A stretch of 64,000 bases of DNA, from positions 59,086,001 through 59,150,000 of the forward strand of contig NC_086099.1 in assembly GCF_963921235.1 (NCBI RefSeq), written 5' to 3'. Source of the stretch: Mobula hypostoma. Taxonomy: Eukaryota. Shown piece by piece: positions 12,205 to 25,297 of the stretch. Each line of letters opens with the position of its first letter. The first letter of the stretch is position 1. The notes below the pieces were generated by a model that worked only from the letters and a program-made list of their open reading frames with translations, searched no databases and was not told the DNA's origin. Position numbers and translations under genes: made by a program.

Positions 12205-13210
12205 AAGCAGCCCTTCATGATACTGGCGCACCTCAGGGGTGTGTGCTTAGCCAACTGCTCTACTCTCTCTACACCCATGACTGGGTGACTAGGCATAGCT
12301 CAAATACTATCCCATAAATTTGCCGATGATACAACCATTGTTGGTAGAATCCCAGGTGGAGACAAGAGGGCGTACAGGAGTGAGATATGCCAACTAGTGG
12401 AGCGGTGTCGCAGCAACAACCTGGCACTCAACGCAAGACAAAGAGCTGATTGTGGACCCCAGGAAGGGTAAAACAAAGAAACACAAATCAATCCTCATAA
12501 AGGGATAAGAAGTGGAGGGAGTGAGTAGTTTCAAGTTCCTAGGTGTCAAGACTTCTGAGGGCCTAACCTGATCCCAACATATCGATGCAGCTATAAAGAA
12601 GGCAAAACAGCGACTATACTTCATTAGGAGTTTGAAGAGATTTGGTATGTCAACAAATACACTCAAAAACTTCTATAGATGTAGCATATAAAGCATTCTG
12701 ACAGGCTGCATCACTGTCTGGTATGGGGGTGGGGTGGGGGCTACTGCACAGGACTGAAAGAAGCTGCAGAGAGTTGTAAAGTTAGTCAGTTCCTTCTTGG
12801 GTACTAGCCAACAAGGTACACAGGAGATCTTCAAGGAGCGGTGTCTCAGAAAGCCAGCGTCCATTATTAAGGACCCCCGGCACCCAGGGCGTGCCCTCTT
12901 CTCACTGTTACCATCAGGTAGGTCGAGGTACAGAAACCTGAAGGCACACACTCAGCGAATCAGGAACACCTTCTTCCCCTCTGCCATCCAATTCCTAAAT
13001 GGACACTGAATCCGTGAACGCTACCTCACTTTTTATATATTGTCTGTTTTTGCACGATTTTTAATCTATTTAATATAGATATACTGTAATTGATTTATTT
13101 ATTATTTTTTTCTTCTTCTATATTATGTATTACATTGAACTTCTGCTGCTAAGTTAACAAATTTCATGACACATGCCGGTGATAATAAATTTGATTCTGA
13201 TTCTGATTCT
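12205..13210 (+). mobile_element. Rex1/Babar-type LINE 3' fragment
   Basis: KFADDT motif, SIIKDPRHPG...FFPSAI C-terminus, (GATTCT)n tail. Confidence 0.8.
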
Positions 13211-13779
13211 GGTTATGGATGACCTACCCATACTCCAATTTTGTGGGTTCTGAGGTGGCTGATGAGGCCAATGAAGGATTCATGGATTTTAGATGGTGAA
13301 AGCATTGACAGTATTTCACCAGTTCTTGAGATGCAGGTAAGGGACCCACGTCTGGAAGCATATAGGAGGGCAGGTAAATCACAAGTTTTACCATCTGGTA
13401 AATCCCAACTTTTAAGCCAGGTCCAAGGGCTTGATCTTCTAAAAATACATTTCTTCAATTGATCAAGGTTGTGCTAGGGCACCAAAAACATACGTGAATT
13501 TCATCATTGATGTCTGCCTTCTCCAAGATTTGGCTCCAAATACATGTGAAATGCTCCATGTTTTCCAGAAGTTTATCATGAACTTTTATTGTTTGGAGGG
13601 GGGGCGGTATGGTGAAAAGGGAAAGTTGGCAGAGAACACTAGCCTTGTGAGCATCATTTACAAGGTCTATTCGTTCAAATTGTTTAGTGAATCAGTACAT
13701 GATGTCATGGAACTCAATATAGACAAGTACCAATATGGTCTACATATTGCAACTTGAGTATAGAGGTTTGGGCGGGGGG

Positions 13780-16672
13780 GGGGAAAGGGAGGAGAAGAGA
13801 CTCCAAGCCTGGCTGAAGCATAAAGGAGTGAGACACCCTCTACCTAGCAAATGTGCAGTCACTAGAGAATAAAGTTGAGGATCTGAGGTCAAGATTGCTG
13901 TATCAGAGAGAAATGAGAGATTGTTGTGTATTATGTGTAATTGAGACACGGCCTAATTCCAGATATGGCAATCAGACCTGAAGGCTTGTCGATTCACAGG
14001 ACGGACAGAACTAATTATTTGGAAAAGGCATTAGGCAGAGGTACGTGTTTCATGATAAATTCTAAGTGGTGCTCTGATGTGCCGATTTTGTTGATCTGGT
14101 GTTCCCCCAACTTTGAACACCTAGCAGTCAAATGCCGACCATTCTATTAACCTAGGGAGTTCACCTCCATAATCCTGTCTGCAAAACATACCACCAGTGA
14201 CTGACTATAATTGAGGGCTTGGGATACTGCATGATGCCGTCTCCAAACAAGAAAAGGTCCATCCCAACGCATTTCAAGTTATAGTCAGAGATTTCAACCA
14301 GGCTTGTTTAAAGAAAACCCTGACCAACTACCTTCAGCATATAACCTGTATCACCAGAGGTCCCAACACATTTGACCCTCCCCACACTTGCCTACTGTTC
14401 AATGCCCAGACTACATTTAGGTAATTCTGATTACTTGGCTATCCTCGATCCTGCATACAGGCAGAGGCTAAGATAGGACAACAAGGAGGTGATCGTGAGA
14501 GGCAGAGGAGTGGCTATGGAATCGCTTCGAGACAGTGGACTGGGCTGTGTTCAAGGACTTAGCTGTGGATCTGAATGAATATATCATGATTGTTATGGAT
14601 TTTATTAAAACAGTTGCAGAGGAGAGTGTCCCCAGTAATTCATTCAGAATCTTCCCCAACCACAAGCCCTGGATGAACCATGAGATCAGCATTGTGCTGA
14701 GTGCCAAGTAAGAGGCATTCAAGTCTGGTGACTAAGAAAGTTGAAAGAGGTCTGGGTATGATCTCCGGAAAGCCATCTCATGGGCGAAGTGGCAATTCCA
14801 GACTACACTTGAATCAATGAAGGATGCTCAACGGTTGTGGCAGGGCTTGAATGCTATCACCTCTTACAAAGTAAAGTAAAATAGCATAGGCAACAACTAG
14901 CCTTCACTTCCAGATGAGCTCAATGCCTTCAATACTCGCCTTGATGATCAAAACATGGAGGGACCAGCAGGAACTCTATAGCCCCTGCTGATCCTGTAGT
15001 TTCAATCTCAAGGCCAAAGTGTTTGCAGATTTCAGGAGGGTGAACCCACAAAAAGCATGTGGCCCAGATGGGATACCTGGCCAAGTACCAAAGGCCTGTG
15101 CTAATCACTGGCTGGAGTGTTCACTCTCGCTGTGGCAGTCTGAGGTACCACCTGCTTCAAGCAGACTTCACTTACACCGATAAGTGAAGGTTACCACGTG
15201 GTAACGTACCTCAATGACTATTGTCCAGTAGCACTAACATTCACAGTAATGAAGTGTTTTCAGAGGATGGTGATGAAACATATCAGCTCCTGCCTGAGAA
15301 GCAACTTCGATCTGCTCTAATTTGCCTACGGGGCAACAGCTCCACAGCATCTCATTGGTTCTCCACTCAACCCTGGAGCATCTGGACAGCAAAGATGCAT
15401 ACATCAGGATGCTCGTTATCAACTATAGCTTGGCATTCAATACCAAAAGCCCCTTAAAACTAATCACTAAGCTTTCAGACCTTGGCCTCAATACTTCCTT
15501 GTGCAATTGAATACTTGATTTCATCACTTGCAGACCCCAGTCAGTTTGGATTGGTAACAACATCTCCTCCACAATCTCCATAAGCATAGGCGTACCACAA
15601 GGCTGTGAGTTTAGCCCCCGCTTTACTAACTTTACACTTATGACCGTATGGTTAAGCACAGCTCCAATGCAATATTCGAGTTTGCTGATGACACTATTGT
15701 CGTAAGCTGAATCAAAGCTCGTGACGAATCAGCATACAGGATGAAGACTGAAAATCTGGCCAAGAGGTGCCACAACAACAACCACCTCTTACTCAATGCC
15801 AGTAAGACCAGGAGCTAATTATTGAGTTCAGGAGGAGGAAACCAGAGGTCATTAGCCAGTCCTCTTTGGAAAATCAGAGGTGGGGAGGGTAAACAAGTTT
15901 AAAATACTCAGTACTATCATTTCGGAGGACCTGTCCTAGGCCCAGCACACAAATACAATTCCAAAGAAAGCATGGCGCGCCTCTTAGGAATTTGAAAATT
16001 TGGCATGACATCTAAAACTGACGAACTTCTATCGATGCGTAGTGTAGAGTACATTGACCGGCTGCATCACAGCGTGGTATGGAAACACCAGTGCCCTTGA
16101 ACTGAAAATCCTACAAAAAGTCCCAGTCCATCACAGGTAAAGCCCTCCCCATCATTGAGCACATCTACACGAAGTGTTGTTGCAGGAAAGCAGCATCCAT
16201 CATCAGGGACCCACACCACCAAGATGATGTTCTATTCTCTCTGTTGCCATCGAGAAGCAGATACAAAAGCCTCAGGACTCACACCACCAGGCCCAGGAGC
16301 AGTTATTACCCTTCAACTATCAAGCTCTTTAACCAGAGGGGATAACTGAACTGTTCCCATAACCTACGGATGCAGTTTCAAGGACTCCATCTTAGGTCCT
16401 CGATATTTATTGCTGATTCATTATTTTTCTTTTTGTATTTGCACAGTTTGTTGTCTTTTGCTCGATATTTATTGCTGATTCATTATTTTTCTTTTTGTAT
16501 TTGCACAGTTTGTTGTCTTTTGCACAATGGTTGAACACCCAAGTAGGTGCAGTCTTTCATTGATTCTATCAAGGTTATTATTCTTTTATGGATTTATTGA
16601 GCATGCCTGCAAGAAAATGAATCTCAGGGTGACATGTATGTACTTTGATAATAAGTTTACTTTGAACTTTGA
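13780..16672 (+). mobile_element. Rex1/Babar-type LINE, long decayed copy (APE and RT)
   Basis: APE motifs HRTDR...CSPNFEHLAVKCRPFY, RT segments YIRML...YSLAFNT and FADD, tail AATAAGTTTACTTTGAACTTTGAA. Confidence 0.85.
16399..16522 (+). repeat. Perfect 62-bp tandem duplication in the LINE 3' UTR
   Basis: ctcgatatttattgctg...gtcttttg occurs at 16399 and again at 16461. Confidence 0.9.
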
Positions 16673-16714
16673 AACATAACAAAGATAAAAAGATTAACTT
16701 CAAAAGTGTAGGTA

Positions 16715-17435
16715 TGACTATTGAAGGTAAGAGGCCTCTCTTTACATCGGTGGTACAGCGAGCAGTTTCAAATTCCTAGGAGTGCACATTTCACACAACT
16801 CCTCATGGGTCCAGAAAACATCCTATACGATCAGGAAAGCTCATCAACATCTCTACTTCCTGAGGAGGCTGAAGAGAGCTGGACTATGCACCTCTATACT
16901 CAAGTCCTTCTACAGATGTGCAGTAGAGAGCATCCTGACATGCTGCATCAGTGCATGGTACGGAAACTGCACTGCAGTGGACAGGAAGGCTCCACAACAG
17001 GTAGTCAAAATCGCCCAACGCATCGTCAGCACCAGACTACCCACCTTCAAGGACATATATACAGAAAGGCGCCAGTAACATCCTGAAGGGTCCCACCCAC
17101 CCTTTCATGGACTCCTTGTATCCACTCCCATCAGGGAGGAGGCTATATAGCATTCAACCGAGGACCACCAGACTCAAAAACAACTACTTTCCCCAAACAG
17201 TAAGGCTGATCATCACCTTCACCCACTAACCCACCCCCTCCACTATTTTAACATTTCCTGTCAGAGTCACCTTATGTACAGACACCCCTGTGCCTACCAT
17301 CAATTTAAGGACTATTGACTATATAAGCTATGTATTTATATTTATTCCGTTTATTTTTTTTATCATTCTGTCCTTTATCTTATTGTTTTTTTTTGTGCTG
17401 CATCAGATCCAGAGTAACAATTATTTCATTCCCCT
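16715..17435 (+). mobile_element. Rex1/Babar-type LINE 3' fragment; its tail resumes at ~18387-18425
   Basis: KAHQHLYFLRRLK...FYRCAVESILTCCISAWYGNC in ORF 16782-17078. Confidence 0.8.
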
Positions 17436-18386
17436 TGGGCTTTGCGGCTAAGTTTGCTGACGATACGAAGATAGGTGGAGGGGCCAGTTGTGTTGAGGAA
17501 ACGGAGAGTCTGCAGAGAGACTTGGATAGATTGGAAGAATGGGCAGAGAAGTGGCAAATGAAGTACAATGTTGGAAAGTGTATGGTTATGCACTTTGGCA
17601 GAAAAAATAAACAAGCAGACTATTATTTAAATGGGGAAAGAATTCAAAATTCTGAGATGCAACGGGACTTGGGAGTCCTCATACAGGATACCCTTAAAGT
17701 TAACCTCCAGGTTGAGTCAGTAGTGAAGAAGGCGAATGCAATGTTGGCATTCATTTCTAGAGGAATAGAGTATAGGAGCAGGGATGTGATGTTGAGGCTC
17801 TATAAGGCACTGGTGAGACCTCACTTGGAGTACTGTGGGCAGTTTTGGTCTCCTTATTTAAGAAAGGATGTGCTGACGTTGGAGAGGGTACAGAGAAGAT
17901 TCACCAGAATGATTCCCGGAATGAGAGGGTTAACATATGAAGAACGTTTGTCCACTCTTGGACTGTATTCCTTGGAGTTTAGAAGAATGAGGGGAGACCT
18001 CATAGAAACATTTCGAATATTAAAAGGCATGGACAGAGTGGAGGTGGCAAAGTTGTTTCCCATGATGGGGAGTCTAGTACGAGAGGGCATGGCTTAAGGA
18101 TTGAAGGGCGCCCATTCAGAACAGAAATGCGAAGAAATTTTTTTAGCTAGAGGGTGGTGAATCTATGGAATTTGTTGCCACGGGCAGCATTGGAGGCCAA
18201 GTCATTGGGTGTATTTAAGGCAGAGCTTGATAGGTATCTGAGTAGCCAGGGCAGCAAAGGTTATGGTGAGAAGGCGGGGGAGTGGGACTAAATAGGAGAA
18301 TGGATCAGCTCATGATAAAATGGCGGAGCAGACTCGATGGGCCGAATGGCCTACTTCTGCTTCTTTGTCTTACGGTCTTATGGTCT
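17436..18386 (+). mobile_element. Young 5'-truncated CR1 LINE inserted in the Rex1 3' UTR
   Basis: Open KFADDTKIGG...RPHLEYC...RRMRGDLIE frame; 3' end with TCTTACGGTCTTATGGTCT tail. Confidence 0.9.
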
Positions 18387-18505
18387 CACGAGCACTGGAA
18401 ATGATATTAAACAATCTTGAATCTTATATTAACAAAAAAAAAGATTTTGATTGAAATAGAAGTATGTGCTAAAGAAACACAAATAAAAACCACATTCAAC
18501 TGTAC

Positions 18506-18629
18506 CTGTAGCACACAGAAAGCAGTTTTTTTTCTTTTTGCCCGCCTTGCATACATTGACAATGCTGAGCAATCGTTCATCATTTGGAGTGAAAATATCC
18601 CTCTGCAATGCGTGCTTGATTGCTGTCAT
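18506..18629 (-). CDS. EXOC1: Exocyst complex component 1 (Sec3), first coding exon (124 nt coding; acceptor suggests the exon begins at 18637)
   Basis: Translates [41 protein letters not shown]+G, matching the vertebrate EXOC1 N-terminus as I recall it. Upstream tttttctcttgctag acceptor; G|gtaca donor, phase 1. Confidence 0.97.
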
Positions 18630-21600
18630 TCTGAACACTAGCAAGAGAAAAAAGATTATTCATCAGTGCAAAATTACATGTAAATTTAACTTCCATGATA
18701 CCATAACTTATGGAGTACAAGCAATAGATGGCACTGTGGATTTGAGAAATGACTATTCACACCTTGCACACTGAGATCGGGGAGGAGGAAAGTTACGCGA
18801 AATGTATCTCACTTACATCAGAGAATTCTCCACCAGGTCTGAGATACAAAGAGTATTCACCCTTGATGTGAATGGAAATGATCTACGTACCAGCTGAACA
18901 TTTTAAAGACATTTAAATTAATTATTATTGTAAAAATAAAATTAATTATTATTGTAAAAATATTTTTATCTCTCACCAAGAATGGTTCTTTGACCAGGGG
19001 CCAAACCTGACATCAGAAGTTTGGAGAGGAAAGGACTTCAATCAGGATAAAAGGCAGTAGCAGGTCACGGCAACTTAATAGAGCTTCGACCAGTGACCAA
19101 TTGGCCCCTGGGATTGATTAGCAAGAGCATATTAAAGGAAGGCAGGGGCAAGTGAGGCCATCGACACAGCATCTGAATGGATGTAGTCAGGTGGTGATCT
19201 TGAGGCTTTAGCTCTTCGAGGCTTCAGTCAGAGAAAGCAAAGGAAAAGGAAGCTCGTTTTTCCTTTCTTCTTTATATCTGTTGAACTAGGGCAGTAGAGA
19301 TGCCAGACAGGATAGCTGAATGCTCCTCTTGCGGGATGTGGGAAGGCGGGGAGAACTCCAGCGTTCCTGACCACAACTGTGAGAAGTGCATCCAGATGCA
19401 TCTTCTAACAAACTGCGTTTAGGAGCTGGAGCTGGAACCGGATGAACTCTGGATCATTTTTGAGGCTGAAGGGGTGATAGATAGGACATATAGAGAGGTA
19501 GTTACACCTAAGATGCAAGACATCGGAGACTGGGTGACAGTCAGGAAGGGAAAAGGGGTTAAGGAGCCAGTGTGGAGTACCCCTGTGGCCTTCCCCCTCA
19601 ACAACAGAGATATCACTTTGGATGCTGTCGGTGGGGGGGGGGGGGGGGCGGGATATGACCTACCAGAGGAAGACACAGTGGTCAGGTCCCTGCACTGAGT
19701 CTGCCTCTGTGATTCAGAAAGGAAGGGGGGAGAAGAGGCACACTGTGGTGAATGGGATTTGTTCTTTAGGGGAATGTACAGGAGGTTCTGTGGGCGAGAA
19801 CAAGGTTCCCAGATGGTATGTTGCCTTCTGGGTGCCAGGGGTCCAGGATATCTTGGATCGAGTCATCAGTATTCTTAAATGGACAGGTGAACAGCCAGAA
19901 GTCGTGGTCCATGTAGGTACCATGACATGGGTAGACGAGTAACAAGGCTCTGTATGGGAAGTTCAGGGAATTAGGTGCTAAGTTAAAGGGCAGGACCTCC
20001 AGGATTGCAATCTCAGGATTGCTACCCATGCCACATGCTAGTGAAGCCAGAACTAGGAAGATTATACAGTTTAACATGTGGCTAAGGAGTTGGTGTAGGA
20101 GAGAGGGCTTAAGATTTCTTTGCACCTGAACTGGAGGGGAACTAATATCCTAGTGGGAAGGTTAGTTAAAGTTGCATAGAAGGATTTAAACTAGAGTGGC
20201 AAAGGAATGGGAACCAGTGTGCCAGAACAGTTAGTGGAGAGGTTGTGGAGGCAGATGTTGGTAGGACCTCAGACAAAGTTAGGAATCAACTAGTTGAACA
20301 CAGTGTGACTAGTTTCCTGTGCTGCCTACATTTCAATGTAACTAGTATCATAGGAACGGTGGGTAATGGTGCTGAAGATGAGGTAGCTGGTTTATAAACA
20401 AAGGCAATGTGTAGTGAGGAGAGGCTGTTGATCAGGCAAAATTGCTGTCAACAGGATGAGTTACAACGTAAAAAGCAGACAAAATTAGAAAAGGGTGCAT
20501 ATAGGACTGAAGGTGTTGTATCTGGATGCACTCAGTTTATGGAATAAGGTAGATGAACTTGCAGCACAGATGCAAATTGGCAGATATGATGCTGTAGGCA
20601 TCACTAAATCATGGTTGAAAGATTATAGCTGGTAGCTTAATGTCCAAGGATACACATTATATCGAATGAATAGTCAGGAAGGAAGAGGGAGCAGGGTGGC
20701 TCTTTTGGTAAAAATGAAACCAAATCATTAGAAAGAGGTGACATAGGGTTGAAAGGTTTTGAATCATTGTGGATAGATCTGAACTGCAAGGAAAAAATGA
20801 CTCTGATGGGAGTTGTATACAGACCCCCATACAGTAGCAAGAATGTGACCTACAAATTACAATGGGAGATAGAAAATGCATTCCAAAAGGGCAATATTAC
20901 AATAGTCATGGGGACTTCAATATGCAGGTAGCTTGGGAAAATCAGATTCCAGGACAGCAAATTTCTAGAGTGTCTATGAGATGGCTTTTTAGAGCAGCTC
21001 ATGGTTGAGCCCACGAGACAATCAGCTATTCTGGATTGGGTATAGTGCAATGAACCAGAATTGATTAGAGAGCTGAAGGTAAAAGAACCCTGAGGGGAAA
21101 TGATCATAATATGATCGAATTCACCATGAAATCTAAGACACAGAAGCTAAAGTCAGATGTATCAATACTGCAGCAGGGTAAAGGGAATTACAGAGGCATG
21201 AGAGAGGAGTTGGCCAAAATGATTGGAAAAGAACGCTGGCACGGACGACAGCAGAGTTGCAATGGCTGGAATTTCTGGAACCAATTCGGAAGGCACAAAA
21301 TATTTACATCCCAAAGACGTAAAAGTATTCTAAAGGCAAGATGACCCAACTGTGGTTAACAAGAGAAGTCAAAGCCAACATAGAAGCCAAAGAGAGGGCA
21401 TATAATAGAGCAAAAATTAGTGGGAGGTCAGAGGATTAGGAAGCTTTTAAAAACCAACAGAAGATAACTAAAAAAGTCATTAGAAGGTAAAGATGGAATA
21501 CAAAAGTAAGCTAGCCAACAATATTAAAGAGGGTACCAAAGGTTTCTTCAGATACATAAAGTGTAAAAGAGAGGCAATATCAGACTGCTAGAAAACAATA

Positions 21601-22493
21601 CTGGTGAGGTAGTAATGGGGACAACAAAATGGTGGACAAACTGAATAAGTACTTTGCATCAGTCTTCATTGTGGAAGACACAAGCAGTATGGTGGAAGTT
21701 GCAGGTGTCAGGAGTCATGAAATGTGTGAAGATACCATAACTAGAGAGGAGGTTCTTGGGGGAAAATGAAAGTTCTGAAGGAGGATAAGTCACCTGTACC
21801 AGATGGTGTACACCCCAGGGTTCCAAAAGAGGTGGCTGAAGAGATTATGGAGCCAATAGTAATGATCTTTCAAGAATTACTAGATTCTGGAATGGTTCCA
21901 GAGAAATGGAAAATGGCAAATGTAACTCCACTCTTCAAAAAGGGAGAGAAGCAGAAGAAAGGAAACCATAGGTCAGCTAGTCTGACCTCAGTGGTCGGGA
22001 AGACGTTGGAATTGATTATTAAGGATGATGTCTCAGGGTTCTTGGAGGCAATGATAAAATGGGCCACAGTCAGCTTGGCTTCCTGAAGGGAAAATCTTGC
22101 CTGACAAATGTGTTGGAGTTCTTTGAAGAAATAACAAGCAGGATAGACAGAAGAGAATCAGTTAATATTGTGTACTTGGATTTTCAGAAGGCCTTGACAA
22201 AGAGCCACACATGAGGCTGCTTAACAAGCTACGAGCCCTTAATATTGCAGGAAAGATTCTAGCGTGGATACAGCAATGGCTGACTGGCAGGAGGCAAAGA
22301 GTGAGAATAAAGGGAGCCTTTTCTGACTGACAGCTGGAGACTAGTGATGTTCCACAGGGGTCTGTGTTGAGAACAATTATTTTTACATTATATCTCAATG
22401 ATCTGGATGATAGAATTGATGGTTTTGTTGCAAAGTTTGCAGACAATATGAAGAAAGGTGGAGGGGCAGGTAGTTTTGAGGAAGTAGAGGGGC

Positions 22494-22542
22494 CTTTGCC
22501 GGCCACCCAGGCCTGAGTCGACGTAGTAGTAGTCATAGTAGT
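22494..22542 (+). mobile_element. 49-bp retro-insertion with (TAG)n tail and 11-bp TSD
   Basis: AGTAGAGGGGC at 22483-22493 and 22543-22553 flanks ctttgccggccacccaggcctgagtcgacg(tag)n. Confidence 0.7.
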
Positions 22543-23111
22543 AGTAGAGGGGCTACAGAAGGACTACGACTGATTTGGAGAATGGGCAAAGAAATGGCAA
22601 ATAGAATACAGTGTCAAGAAGTGTATGGTCATGCACTGGTCAGAAGAAATGAAAGGGCTGACAATTTTCTAAATGAAGAGAAAATACAAAAACTTGAGGT
22701 GAAAATTGATTTGGGAATCCTTGCGCAGGATTCCCTGAAGGTTAATTTGAAAGTTGGGTCCATGGTGAGGAAGGTAAATGTAATGTTAGTATTCATTTCG
22801 GACTAGAACATAAAAACAAGGAATGTTGAAACTTTATAAAGCACTGGTGCAGCCTCACTTTGAGTATTACGAGCAGGTTTGCGCCTCTTATCTTAGAAAG
22901 GATGTGCTGAAACTGGTGAGGGTTCAAAAGAGATCACAAAAATGATTTTAGGATTGAATGGCTTGTCATATGAAGAGCGTTTGCTGGCTCTGGGCCTGTA
23001 TTCACTAGAATTCAGAAGAAAGAGGGGTGACCTCATTGAAACCTATCGAATGGTGAAAGGCCTTGATAGAGCGGATGTGGACAGAATGTTTCCTATGGTG
23101 CAAGACTCTAA

Positions 23112-24544
23112 GGCTACGTCCACAGTACGCCGGATAATTTTGAAAACGAAGCCTTCTCTCTTCGTTTTGACCTTCTGTCCACACTGAAATGTCGTTTTCA
23201 TCTCTCCAAAACAGAAATCTTCAAAAACACTCTACAGACTGTGTAAATTTGAAAACAATTGTTTCGCGTTGTAGTGTGGACAGGATAAACGGAGAGATTT
23301 AAAATCGTTGTCATGACAACACCACAACAACAATACTTTTTCTGCTTCTGCTTGGGACTGCGCAAGCACTGCCCGATGGGGCTGTTCTTGGTTCTTGATT
23401 CTCCAAAATATTCCGCATGGAATTTATACTGCAGGTGGTTTTCAAGCTGGTCCCCTCGGTTTCAGTTTGCATCCTCTGTTCTTCTGTCCGTACCCTCTGG
23501 TCTCCCAGTCTGCGGTGGTCGTACCCTCGATCTCCTGTACCCCGGGGTCTCCAAGCCGGCACTGTCGCTGACTGACCACCACTGTTATAATACGCAGTCG
23601 GTGTGAACGGTGTGAGAGTTAAATTGTAAAGTGAGCTTTTCTGACTAGATCCCCTACATTGATTTGATTGAATCTATCTTTAAAAATATTAATGTCAGAA
23701 ATACTGCGCGGGTCTGGCGGCAGAAGATTCCACTCTCTTGGTTCTTGATCCTCCAAAATATTCCGCATGGAATTTAAACTCGAGGTGGCGGAGAGTGGGC
23801 TTAAGAAGGACATTTTTGAAGAAGAAAAGCTGCCTTAAATTTAATTGGGTTTGGTTGTGTGACTGTGTTAGGATTAAGCTTATTCCATGCTTTAATTGTG
23901 CGGGGGACGGGCGGGGGGGAATGAATTGCTGTACACATCTGAGTTGGTAATTAATATTTCAAATTGAGTTGGGTGCCCTCTTCTGCTCCTAATAGGTTTG
24001 GGTTTGATGTGGGATTGGTAGTCTATGTTGAGTTGACCATTTAACATTTTGTAATTGTTGACATTGTTGATCTTGGGTAAAGGATGGCTTCATGCGTGTG
24101 TTGTTTACTTTAATGTCTACGTTAATAGCTTGTTTGGAATTAAACATCTCCACTGCTTTGCTGACTTTGTAGTCGTTTGTAACTCGCAGAAACAGCTCGA
24201 CTTCATTGTCGGTCTAAACGGAGAAGTCCAGTCTGCTTTCTCCAGCGGAGGTTTTCTTTGTATTCCTCAAAGACATTTTTGAAAACTTTCTTTCGCTGTT
24301 GTAGGTACTCTAGTCTTTGACCAATGGAAATAGCACAACGCCACCGCAGAAACATAAATTTTATACCGTTTCCTCTTCGCTTGTTTTCTGTAGATGTGTC
24401 TGTGCATGCCCAGTAGGAGGAGATTCGCCCACATATCTGTTTTAGTGTGGACAGAGAATTTTGAAAAACGCCTAGTGTGGACGCCTGTCGTTTTTACTCG
24501 AAACCGGCGTTTTCAAGATTATCCGGTCTAGTGTGGACGTAGCC
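23112..24544. mobile_element. Non-autonomous PIF/Harbinger DNA transposon
   Basis: TIRs GGCTACGTCCACA... / ...TGTGGACGTAGCC (~37 bp, imperfect) and TAA target duplication at 23109-23111 and 24545-24547; splits the CR1 cleanly. Confidence 0.9.
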
Positions 24545-25078
24545 TAAATTCAGAGAACCAAGCCTCAGAATAGAAGCGCATCCTTTAGGAATGGAGATGA
24601 GGAGAAATTTCCTTAGCCAGAGTGGTGAATCTGTGGAATTCTTTGCCTCAGGCAGTTGTGGAGGCCAAGCCTTTATGTATATTTGAGGCAGTGGTTGATG
24701 GATTTTTGATTGGTCATGGGGAGAAGGCAAGAGATTGGAGCTAGAGGAAAACTAGATCAGCTGTGATTGAAATGGTGGAGCAGACAGAATGGGTTGAATG
24801 ACCTAGTTCTGCTCCTATACCTCCTGCTCTTAAATTCTCAAATTAACTTGTTAATTTATATATTCAAAAGATCTTCGTGAAAGTGAACTGCTTAGAGGAA
24901 GTGCTTTAAAAGTATTTTATTTATAGTTACTCAAATTTTTTTTTGCTGTGCGGTTTTAGAATTTTCTAAATGCTTCTGAGTTTCTCAGAAACATTTAGCA
25001 ATTTGTCAAAAAAAACACTATCTGGTCATTCCGGCTTAGTTACGGAGAATTACTTTACTGCTTGTCAAAATTTCTACT

Positions 25079-25297
25079 CAACACACACAAAATGCTAGAG
25101 GAACTCAGCCGGCCAGGCAGCATCTATGGAAAGGAGTAAACAGTCAACTTTTTGGGCCAAGACGAGTTCTGATGAAGGGTCTCGGCCCAAAAGTTGACTG
25201 TTTCCTCTTTTCCATAGATGCTGCCTGGCTGGCTCAGTTCCTTCAACATTTTGTGTGCATTGCTTTGGATTTCCAGCATCTGCAGATTTTCTTGTTT
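25079..25297. repeat. Penelope-derived terminal repeat, inverted pair with decayed hammerhead motif
   Basis: Inverted arms of ~80 bp; centre CTGATGAAGGGTCTCGGCCCAAAAGTTGACT with the GAAA core mutated. Confidence 0.8.

Larger units (their letters stand above)
19100..24830 (+). mobile_element. Near full-length decayed CR1 LINE (ORF1 zinc finger/esterase plus ORF2 APE-RT), interrupted by two insertions
   Basis: CSSCGMWE..CEKC motif at ~19320, GEQPEVVVHVGT esterase, GVVYRPP APE motif, WKMANVTPLFKKG and KFAD RT motifs. The CR1 3' end continues after 24547. Confidence 0.88.

Noticed and set aside
17330-18097. 255-aa ORF with a hydrophobic, signal-like N-terminus
   Set aside because: Chance fusion of a T-rich Rex1 3' UTR to a CR1 RT fragment, antisense in an EXOC1 intron.
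18817-18838. Possible 22-nt 5' UTR exon (ctcag|...|gtaagt) upstream of the EXOC1 ATG exon
   Set aside because: Only splice-site-like motifs with weak exonic donor bases and no coding constraint to test; cannot be supported from sequence alone.
19633-19650. Long G run (possible G-quadruplex)
   Set aside because: Homopolymer expansion inside decayed CR1 ORF1; a similar run at ~13770 also borders a LINE.
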